From an uncultured bacterium (GTDB taxonomy: Bacteria > Cyanobacteriota > Vampirovibrionia > Obscuribacterales > Obscuribacteraceae): 55,864 nt of DNA. Location: positions 1 to 55,864 of the forward strand of contig CAJXZK010000001.1 in the NCBI GenBank assembly GCA_913063055.1. The letters run 5' to 3'. Positions 35,852 through 43,198 of the stretch are shown here, in pieces (within the stretch, counting starts at the first letter, position 1; each line of letters starts with the position of its first letter). A model generated the notes under the pieces. It worked only from the letters and a program-made list of their open reading frames with translations, was not told the DNA's origin and made no database searches. The position numbers and the translations under genes were made by a program.

Positions 35852-37132
35852 TTAGCGCGGACTCATATCTATCACTTCAGCAGGGGCTGGAGCCTGTGCT
35901 GGCATGGTTCTTTGAGGGGTACGATTGAAAGCACCTTCGACAATGCGTTTCATCTCCACTTGTCTTTCTTCGAGCGAATTACAGTAATCGTGGAGAATGT
36001 CAGCCTGGCTGCGCAGGGCCTTGGCGTTGTCGGATAAATCCGGAATTAAAATCTCGATTTCTTCAAGAATAGACGATGGTGGGCTGACAGGCGGACGAAT
36101 GCGCACATGAGAGACCACTTGTTGACCGGCAGAATTGCTCAGGTTGTTAGAAGCCGACGAAGGCGGAGGAGCGGTCACAGCATTGAAGTTAGACTGCACG
36201 CCCGGCTGCCGGCCTGGCTGCATGTTCACTCCTGAACTGTTTGGATTAGCCGAACTAGCGCCATTGGCGGCCATGCTACCGGCTAGGGCGTCACGCAGAC
36301 GCTCAAGATTCTGCTTAAGGCCCACCGCACGGCGATAAGCCTGATCCGCTTCGCGCTCTAGCCAGACCTTACGTGCCTTCTGGGTGGCCAATTCATTACT
36401 CAAATGCTCTAAGGCCTTTTTGCGAATTTCAAGTTCACGTCTGACGTGCTCTACTTCTTTCTGCTTAAGCTCGAGGCCCCGGCGGCGCAAATAAACCAAC
36501 AACAGCACAACTAGCGAGAAAGCAATCGACATCATTGAGATGTAGAAATATCCACGCTTTGCGCCAGACATCTCAGCCACCCCAGTCAACAGGAAATTGC
36601 CAATATCTTCAGCGAAAGGTGGCGGCGGACTGCGCATATAGTAGATGCGACCAAGGACCTTGCCACGAACTTTGGCCCCTGTAGCTCTGGCTTTCTCCAC
36701 TCTTGGGGAATCATGGACGAATAGAGGCTCAAGCTGAGGCGGGTCAGTGATTAAATCGTAGGGCTCATTGCCTTGAGCCAAGCCCTCAGCATTGGCAAAC
36801 TTCTGCCAGGATTGCCGATGGTAAACCTTGTTGGTCTTATAAAGGACATTCTCTCCTGATGGATCTGTCAGAACGAGGCCGAACAAACCATAGTTCGAAT
36901 CTAGAGTTTTCTGTATGAGATCGTCGCGCCCCTCTTGGATCATGGCTGAGAGGGTAGTTGGAAGAGTGTGGTGGAGCAAATTAAAATCGGTGGTCTGCAC
37001 CTTGGCTATGGTACCCAGCCAGTAGCTCTGATAGTGAATTGAGCATAACGCCAGCCAACAGACTATTCCGGCCATGCAGACTACAGGCACGAGAATTCTA
37101 TTGCGGAGTGATAGCAGTAATTTATCCATCAA
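35852..37132 (-). CDS. membrane protein: TM - extracytoplasmic sensor-like domain - TM - coiled coil - low-complexity tail
   Basis: TM1 ILVPVVCMAGIVCWLALC, a ~170-aa loop, TM2 YFYISMMSIAFSLVVLLLVYL, Arg/Glu-rich coiled coil (KQKEVEHVRRELEIRKKALEHL..), and an Ala/Ser/Asn/Pro-rich region. Confidence 0.75.
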   Translation of the reverse strand: MMDKLLLSLRNRILVPVVCMAGIVCWLALCSIHYQSYWLGTIAKVQTTDFNLLHHTLPTTLSAMIQEGRDDLIQKTLDSNYGLFGLVLTDPSGENVLYKTNKVYHRQSWQKFANAEGLAQGNEPYDLITDPPQLEPLFVHDSPRVEKARATGAKVRGKVLGRIYYMRSPPPPFAEDIGNFLLTGVAEMSGAKRGYFYISMMSIAFSLVVLLLVYLRRRGLELKQKEVEHVRRELEIRKKALEHLSNELATQKARKVWLEREADQAYRRAVGLKQNLERLRDALAGSMAANGASSANPNSSGVNMQPGRQPGVQSNFNAVTAPPPSSASNNLSNSAGQQVVSHVRIRPPVSPPSSILEEIEILIPDLSDNAKALRSQADILHDYCNSLEERQVEMKRIVEGAFNRTPQRTMPAQAPAPAEVIDMSPR

Positions 37133-37169
37133 AACGGAGTCTACACCCAGGTGTATCCATTGTACATAC

Positions 37170-37246
37170 GTATTTTCCAGGCGTATTTTCCAGGCATAAC
37201 TTACATCCTTTTCCGGCTATGCAGCTTGCACACCTAATTTCCAGGC
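37170..37246. promoter_or_regulatory. cluster of TTTCC(A)GGC boxes in a divergent promoter region
   Basis: GTATTTTCCAGGC occurs twice in perfect tandem (37170-37182, 37183-37195). Also CTTTTCCGGC (37208-37217) and AATTTCCAGGC (37236-37246). Confidence 0.35.
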
Positions 37247-37510
37247 GAAATTACAAGGCCTGAGTTTGCCGATATTTGGCTCTTTGGCTGGCTTTTGGTT
37301 TAGAGGCCAACAAATTTCGAAAAAACATGTTAGCTATCCAACAAAAAAATAGGTTTATAAGTCATTGCCGCCGGGGTATTAATACTGTGTGGACGAAAGC
37401 TCTCACGGAGGAATCGGTTAGAGCATAACTAGGTCATACCTCGTGTCTACTAAAAACCCAAACGGGAAATTCCACCACTAGGTGGCTGCACATTTAACAC
37501 TATGTGTTCA

Positions 37511-37539
37511 AAAAGCCGGGCGCTCGTCGTCCGGCTTTT
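37511..37539 (+). terminator. intrinsic terminator inside the 662-nt intergenic region
   Basis: AAAAGCCGG-gcgctcgtcgt-CCGGCTTTT, followed by G. No annotated + strand CDS lies upstream of it. Confidence 0.55.
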
Positions 37540-37794
37540 GTCATGACACCACCAGTAGTGCCGCAGGAGCAATCTTACCTAGCGTAAAGTTCCGTTAGAT
37601 TTTTTAGTGTAATTTCGCAACGTAGGGTTTTCAAGCACATTTTTTCAGGAATAAAATACTCGGTAATAGACTACTCATGACTCAAGACACAAGAAGTGGA
37701 AACAATTTCTTTTCAGGGCCGTCTCAGCGACCATATCAAGAGCAGGTCTTGCGCTAGAATCAAGACTCCTTGATCAGTTGCCGGAATAAACCGA

Positions 37795-39603
37795 ATGATG
37801 CCGCCCGAAAATCAAGATTCAGCACAACAAGCCTCTCCGGTTAGACTGGGAGACCTTCTCACTGGCGCCGGTCTGCTCAAGGCTGAAGATTTGCGACAGG
37901 CGATGTTGATTGCCAAAACTCAGTCTCTTCCAGTTGGTCGTGTACTGATCATGTCTGGTTTTATTATTGAGCCCCACCTGCAAGCGGCAGTGCAGGCTCA
38001 ATCGATGCTAAAAGACGGTCTTATTGATCTCGAAACCGCCCTTGGCAGCTTGCGAGTGATATCTCGCGACGGCCTCAGTCTTGATCAAGCTCTGTCAAAA
38101 ATGGGCTGGGCGCAGCCCGTCAACCAAGTAACTAACAAACTAGGCGAACTATTGATCGAAGCTGGTCTAGTCAGCCGGGCTCAGCTAGATGCGGCATTGG
38201 TGCAAGGTGATAGCACCGGGCTTCCCCTTGGTAGAGTTTTGGTTACCAATGGTTGGCTCTCAGAACAACTTCTTTCTTCAGCCCTGAACGCACAAATATT
38301 AGTGCGCGATCGCCGAGTATCAAGAGACCAAGCCATTTCCAGCTTGCGCGCTGCCTTAGAAAGACAAGTACCAATTGAGCAAACCTTAGCCGAAACTGGT
38401 GTCTCACTGCATCTCGCCAATGAAACAGTGCGCTTAGGCGAACTGCTTGTCATGGCCAAACTCTTAGACGAAGAAAAACTGATGCAAGCCGTTGAGCTTG
38501 GCCTGGTCAACGAACAACCAATCGGTCAAGTTTTGGTCAAAAACGGCATGGTTAGTGAAACCGTACTACAAACGGCCCTGGCTATTCAAAGTATGGTTAC
38601 CAAAGGCGAACTGCGCAAAGTTCAGTGCGGCCGCGTTTTAGAACTAGTAAACACTGAAAAACTCTCACTGGCAGAAGCGGTAGAGCGGGTGCAACCAACG
38701 CCCCCACGCGAAACCTCAAATCTTCCCCTCTATCAATTTTTACAACTGGCTGGCGTAATCGGCCCTCCAGACATCGAAGAAGCACTCAAAGTCGGTTCTC
38801 GCGATACCAACTTAATGGGTCAAATGCTGATGATGACCGGCGCTATCGATCAAAATCTGCTCGGCATTGCCATGAACTGCTCAAGCCTGATGGCTCAAGG
38901 CATTTTAAAAACCGAACAGGCTGTAATTGTGCTGGGTATTTGCTGGAAGAGCAAAGCGAGTTTAGAAGAGGCGTTCAAGCAACTAGGCTGGAGTTCAGCC
39001 ATTATTTCATCGGCCCTGCCTGTTGCCAATGCAGCACAAGCGGCTCAAGCTCAGGCTCAAAGCCTACCAGTGCAACAAGGAACAACGGCTCCACAAGCAG
39101 TTGCACCTCAACCAGTTGCACCTCAACCGGCTGCCCAGGCCACAACCACCGGCCAAAACCTAGTGCCCCAGCAGGGAACCGTTTCAACCACAAACCAAGC
39201 AGCGGTTCCACCGGCTCCAGCAGCTTCAGCTAACAACACCGGCACAACATCAACGACTAGTCAAAATATAGTGCAGCAGAGCCGCACCGGCGAGCATCAG
39301 GCGCCGAAGACTTCAAAACTCGATCAGGCAATATCTGGCCGCAACCGCCAGGGAAGTTCATCTGCAACAGCCCACAACTTGCCGGCTATGCCCGTTGGTC
39401 AGAACCTTACGGTTGAGCAAGGAAGCTTGCAGCCCTACGATACTGGCGAGATGTCGCCAATCAGGAAGAAAGAAGAGGCTGAAGCGGCAGCAAGAGCAGC
39501 CCAAGAAAACACCCAAGACAATCCCAGTCAGGCAGGCGCCGAGACCCCCAAACCAGCAGGTGGCCCGTCGGTTAAGAAACGTCTGGCTGACTTAATTCCC
39601 TAG
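37795..39603 (+). CDS. protein with four tandem MshEN/T2SSE_N-like modules and a Pro/Gln/Ala-rich tail
   Basis: Modules begin at aa 17, 115, 213 and 311, an exact 98-aa period: RLGDLLTGAGLL.., KLGELLIEAGLV.., RLGELLVMAKLL.., LYQFLQLAGVI... Each is followed by xxxGxxL[IVM]xxGx[ILV]xxxxLxxx[VLM]xxxx (3 of 4 end in Q). No ATPase domain. Confidence 0.8.
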   Translation: MMPPENQDSAQQASPVRLGDLLTGAGLLKAEDLRQAMLIAKTQSLPVGRVLIMSGFIIEPHLQAAVQAQSMLKDGLIDLETALGSLRVISRDGLSLDQALSKMGWAQPVNQVTNKLGELLIEAGLVSRAQLDAALVQGDSTGLPLGRVLVTNGWLSEQLLSSALNAQILVRDRRVSRDQAISSLRAALERQVPIEQTLAETGVSLHLANETVRLGELLVMAKLLDEEKLMQAVELGLVNEQPIGQVLVKNGMVSETVLQTALAIQSMVTKGELRKVQCGRVLELVNTEKLSLAEAVERVQPTPPRETSNLPLYQFLQLAGVIGPPDIEEALKVGSRDTNLMGQMLMMTGAIDQNLLGIAMNCSSLMAQGILKTEQAVIVLGICWKSKASLEEAFKQLGWSSAIISSALPVANAAQAAQAQAQSLPVQQGTTAPQAVAPQPVAPQPAAQATTTGQNLVPQQGTVSTTNQAAVPPAPAASANNTGTTSTTSQNIVQQSRTGEHQAPKTSKLDQAISGRNRQGSSSATAHNLPAMPVGQNLTVEQGSLQPYDTGEMSPIRKKEEAEAAARAAQENTQDNPSQAGAETPKPAGGPSVKKRLADLIP

Positions 39604-39874
39604 TTCCGTTCCTTTCTTGATTATTTGACGTCATCCCTACTGGCTGTAACACGTCAGCTCGGCACCAGCAGTGGTGCTATAGCGCCAACAAAAACAAAAG
39701 CGTCCACAGCCTGGTCCTAAAGTACAGTATTGTGATTTTTAGCCGATTCAAGACAAGAAAATTAGAGAAGAATGCAGATTTTATGAAATTCACTCAATAA
39801 TCACAAACGGTATGGTATGAATAGCAGTCAAGATCCGCATCCAGACTTAATACTGCGCTGCATAGGAGAGCTTC

Positions 39875-40486
39875 ATGCTTCAGCAAAAAATTACTTATAA
39901 GCCATACCCAGTTCAGGATTTCAAACACCTGTTGGGCTTGACTGGCATTTCAGACAAGACTTTGGAAATTCACTTCAAGCTCTATGCTGGTTATGTCAAG
40001 AACACAAACGATCTAAACGAAAAAATCATCGAACTAACAGAAGCTGGCAAGAGCGGTTCGCTTGAATACGCAGAATTGAAGCGTCGTTATGGCTTCGAAT
40101 ACAACGGTATGAGACTTCACGAATACTACTTCGGCAACCTCAAACCAGGCGGTTCTGAGCTAAAAGAATCAAGCGCTATCGGCAAATTGATCACTGAAAC
40201 CTATTCTTCAATCGATGTTTGGAAAAATGACTTCTTCAAAGTCGGCGCCATGCGCGGTGTTGGCTGGGCTGTCTTGTTCCAAGACCCCTTCACCAAAACC
40301 CTTTCCAACCACTGGATCACTTTGCACGAAGAAGGCAACATTGCTGGATTCCAGCCATTGCTAGTAATGGACGTTTGGGAGCATGCTTTCTTGCTCGACT
40401 ACGTTCCAGCCGACCGTCCTAAGTACATTGAAGCTTTCTACAGCAACATTGACTGGGAAAAGGTTGAAGCCAGACTGCTTAAGTAG
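39875..40486 (+). CDS. Fe/Mn-family superoxide dismutase (divergent N-terminal motif)
   Basis: GGAG upstream. LEIHFKLYAGYV (first His ligand region), LHEYYF (second His), MDVWEHAFLLDY (Asp/His ligands, canonical DxWEHAYY-like). Confidence 0.88.
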   Translation: MLQQKITYKPYPVQDFKHLLGLTGISDKTLEIHFKLYAGYVKNTNDLNEKIIELTEAGKSGSLEYAELKRRYGFEYNGMRLHEYYFGNLKPGGSELKESSAIGKLITETYSSIDVWKNDFFKVGAMRGVGWAVLFQDPFTKTLSNHWITLHEEGNIAGFQPLLVMDVWEHAFLLDYVPADRPKYIEAFYSNIDWEKVEARLLK

Positions 40487-40518
40487 GCTAATTGCTGAAA
40501 AAATAAGCGATATTGCGC

Positions 40519-40549
40519 GAGGGTGGGAATTTAATTCCCGCCCTCTTTG
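40519..40549 (+). terminator. intrinsic terminator after the SOD gene
   Basis: GAGGGTGGGAATT / AATTCCCGCCCTC: a 13-bp stem (one G-U) with a tight apex, followed by TTTG. Confidence 0.65.
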
Positions 40550-40689
40550 CTTACAGGCAGCGCTAAAAGAGTGATGAAAGCGGCTGAAAAGCTGGCCTTA
40601 AAAGAAATCAACCCGCAACAAAGGTCAAGAAGCGAGACACAGCCTCTTGAGAACAGTAGAATAAACACTGGCCAAGTAATCAAAGGCTG

Positions 40690-41829
40690 ATGCGCATGAA
40701 AGAAACAGCAACGACAACCAGTCTGGGTTCAATCGGACAAATCACTGAAGAGCACGAACTAATCATCGACGTGCAAGTTGAAGATAGTTCCCCAGTCAAA
40801 CCTGATGCGACCCAAGAAAGCAAACAGGCACGCGCTCTAAAAGAAGAACGCGAAAGTGAAGAACTGGAAGAAGATCAAGACGATGATGACGATGACGAAA
40901 TTGTCGAGAATTATGCCGACAGCTGGTCTTACGAAGTGCCGCGTCCTTGGCTCACAGTGGAACAAGCGGCCAGCATGCTGGGCCGGTCAACTCGAGGTGT
41001 AGAGCGTTCAATCCTTGGACGCTGGGGCAATCACCTCCCCGAAGGCTGGAGCGCTCGCCGTGTCCGCATCGATGGCGTAGACGAGTGGCGCATCATTCCC
41101 CCACCCGGCTTCCGTATCAAACACAGCCGTCGCGAAACAAGCAGACGTGATGGTACAAGCACAAATACAAATACAAATACAAATACGAGCGCAAACACAG
41201 ATAAAAACAGCAGTGTTGGCACAAGTACCCATGCGAGTACTGGCGATAGCAATATCGAAGACGTTGAAGCCAGCCCAATAACAAGTTCTACAGAACCCTC
41301 GAGTTCAGCCAAGCAAACCGAGACCAATAAAACAGCCTCCAAATCGCAAGAGAAGAAAATGGCAGCTACACCAAACTCCGCAGTAGAATCGCCATCCTCA
41401 GTCAGTGAGCCGTTCTCCTTTGAGAAGTTTTTCCAGTCTGCTGGCAAAATGGCACAAAAAGAATTAGCCTCTTTCGGCCTGACCGTAAGGCCTACAAGCG
41501 AACGCACTGACAAACACGGCATTGTCGATGCTGATATCGAGCACGCCACAATCGTCATTGATCGCTCCGATGAAGTCGAAAAATTACTGAGAGAGCTAGC
41601 CAACACCCAAAAAGAACTGGCAGAGCAGCGTCGCATGCACCTTGACGATTTGCGCTTGATGCAAGAGATGCAACGTTCTATGCTCCTGCTTGAAGTCAAC
41701 GCAAAAGAAACAGGCGAACTCAAACAAGATCTCACCTATGCCCAACAAGCATTGAAAGAACATCGCTCTCAATACCAAGCATTCTTGGCCCTGCCATGGT
41801 ACAAACGTTTATTCCGCAAAACGCCATAG
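40690..41829 (+). CDS. excisionase-type HTH + coiled-coil protein with PWYKRLF C-terminal tail
   Basis: Acidic N-terminus (EEDQDDDDDDE), HTH WLTVEQAASMLGRSTRGVERSILG..VDEWRI, Thr/Asn/Ser low-complexity linker, coiled coil, and C-terminus LPWYKRLFRKTP. Same architecture as 31018-31779. Confidence 0.75.
   Translation: MRMKETATTTSLGSIGQITEEHELIIDVQVEDSSPVKPDATQESKQARALKEERESEELEEDQDDDDDDEIVENYADSWSYEVPRPWLTVEQAASMLGRSTRGVERSILGRWGNHLPEGWSARRVRIDGVDEWRIIPPPGFRIKHSRRETSRRDGTSTNTNTNTNTSANTDKNSSVGTSTHASTGDSNIEDVEASPITSSTEPSSSAKQTETNKTASKSQEKKMAATPNSAVESPSSVSEPFSFEKFFQSAGKMAQKELASFGLTVRPTSERTDKHGIVDADIEHATIVIDRSDEVEKLLRELANTQKELAEQRRMHLDDLRLMQEMQRSMLLLEVNAKETGELKQDLTYAQQALKEHRSQYQAFLALPWYKRLFRKTP
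41161..41184 (+). repeat. hexanucleotide microsatellite (ACAAAT)x4, in frame (TNTNTNTN)
   Basis: Perfect 4 copies inside CDS 40690-41829. Confidence 0.9.
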
Positions 41830-41877
41830 GCAATAGACTTAGAGGAAACCTGAAAAGCACCAACAGAGGACTTGTTC

Positions 41878-42228
41878 ATGGCTGAAACTGCAGACAAACG
41901 CTTCAAAATCACTTACTGCACTTCATGTGGATATCGCGACAGAGCCGTAAAACTGTCTGAACAACTAGAAAAAGATTCAAACGACACCTGCTTACTCGTC
42001 CCTGCCGAAGGCGGAGTCTTCGAAGTCGAAGACCAGGGAGTACTGCTCTTCTCCAAGAAAACCAGCGACCGTTTCCCCGAAGAAGGCGAAGTACAAAACA
42101 TCATCAAGTACATTAAAGACGGACAACCCCTGGAAGAGGCACAAACAAATGCAGCCCACGAAGCTGGACATAGCGGCGGAGTCTTGGACTGGATCTATAG
42201 CCTTTTTAGAGCACCTTCACACAAATAA
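41878..42228 (+). CDS. Rdx family (SelW/SelT/SelH-like) thioredoxin-fold protein, Cys form
   Basis: FKITYCTSCGYRDRAVKLSEQLEK: the N-terminal CxxC in a beta-strand/helix context typical of Rdx proteins. ATG 41878 has AGAGGA 9 nt upstream (ORF-track TTG 41872). Confidence 0.7.
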   Translation: MAETADKRFKITYCTSCGYRDRAVKLSEQLEKDSNDTCLLVPAEGGVFEVEDQGVLLFSKKTSDRFPEEGEVQNIIKYIKDGQPLEEAQTNAAHEAGHSGGVLDWIYSLFRAPSHK

Positions 42229-42241
42229 GTCGGAGAGAAGA

Positions 42242-43045
42242 GTGGGACATCCTCAAGCGCTGCAAATAGCTATCGATGGACCCGCAGGCGCCGGCAAATC
42301 AACCGTAGCGCGAAAGTTAGCCGACCACTTGGGCTATCTATATATAGATACTGGTGCAATGTACCGAGCATCAACCTGGCTGGCCTTGAAGAACGACATT
42401 CCTTTGACCGATGGCGATGCCATTGCCGCTCTTGCCAGCAAGAGCAATATTCAGCTCAAGCCCGCAGATGAAAGCTCTGACGGCAAAATCAGAGTATTTG
42501 TTGACGGCCAAGAAATCACCCGCGAAATCCGCACCCAGCGGATGTCTGAACTAACTGCTGGCATTGCCGCTTTAGGTCAAGTGCGAGCCGTATTGGTGGA
42601 GAAGCAGCGCGAGCTAGCTAGAGAAGGCTTTTGCGTCATTGACGGCCGCGATATTGGCACAGTAGTGATGCCTGACGCTGGCCTTAAGGTGTTCTTGACC
42701 GCCAGCCCCGAAGAACGTGCCCGCCGCAGACAAAAAGAATTAGCCGCCCAGGGTGAAACACCAGATTTCGAAGCCCTGCTGAAGGCCATTAATGAGCGCG
42801 ATTATCTCGACTGCAACCGCGCAGTCTCACCTCTGATGCGAGCTGTGGACGCAGTTGAATTGATTACCGACAACATGACCATTGATGATGTCGTGTTGGA
42901 ACTGGAAAAATTGGCAAAAGAGGCCTTTCAACCAGCGCCCGCACCAGCTCAACCACGCGCCCATGAGCGTGAATCGGCCTCAGCACTGACTGACTTTCAA
43001 GACTTGCCCGAATTCCAAGAACTACCAGAAGCTCAAGAAGTCTAA
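42242..43045 (+). CDS. cmk: cytidylate kinase
   Basis: IAIDGPAGAGKSTVARKLADHLGYLYIDTGAMYRA, VIDGRDIGTVVMPDA, and RRRQKEL are canonical Cmk blocks. GTG 42242 has GGAG 6 nt upstream and avoids the 80-nt overlap implied by the ORF-track start 42149. Pro/Glu-rich C-terminal extension. Confidence 0.9.
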   Translation: MGHPQALQIAIDGPAGAGKSTVARKLADHLGYLYIDTGAMYRASTWLALKNDIPLTDGDAIAALASKSNIQLKPADESSDGKIRVFVDGQEITREIRTQRMSELTAGIAALGQVRAVLVEKQRELAREGFCVIDGRDIGTVVMPDAGLKVFLTASPEERARRRQKELAAQGETPDFEALLKAINERDYLDCNRAVSPLMRAVDAVELITDNMTIDDVVLELEKLAKEAFQPAPAPAQPRAHERESASALTDFQDLPEFQELPEAQEV

Positions 43046-43198
43046 ATCTCAAAAGGCTCTCAACCAGTTGTAAAAACGTGAGCAAATAGTTCGCAGACTT
43101 GCGCCAACAAATACGTAAGTCCACCAGCGCCAGAATGCCATTTGCCAGCTATATTAGGTAGGCAATGTTATGGCTATCGCCTAGAGCTGGCTTAATCT

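Noticed and set aside
32389-37132. SNF2 helicase plus upstream membrane protein as a DISARM/BREX-like defence module.
   Set aside because: No methyltransferase, PLD nuclease, DUF1998, PglZ or other hallmark partner. The two genes are separated by 166 nt with a hairpin. The SWIM-SNF2 architecture is common as a stand-alone gene.
41031-41735. 234-aa minus-strand ORF (and 41008-41232) antisense to gene 40690-41829.
   Set aside because: It lies entirely inside the better-supported plus-strand gene, which has an HTH, a coiled coil and a conserved tail. Its translation is Ser/Leu/Cys/Val low-complexity mirror sequence with no start context.
41893-41904. Possible selenocysteine (UGA) recoding in the Rdx/SelW-like gene.
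   Set aside because: The redox motif is encoded as Cys-Thr-Ser-Cys with ordinary TGC/TGT codons. There is no in-frame TGA and no SECIS-like hairpin is needed.
42149-42241. ORF-track start of cmk overlapping the Rdx gene by 80 nt.
   Set aside because: Cmk proteins begin a few residues before the IAIDGPAGAGKST P-loop. GTG 42242 with a GGAG SD gives exactly that and removes the overlap.
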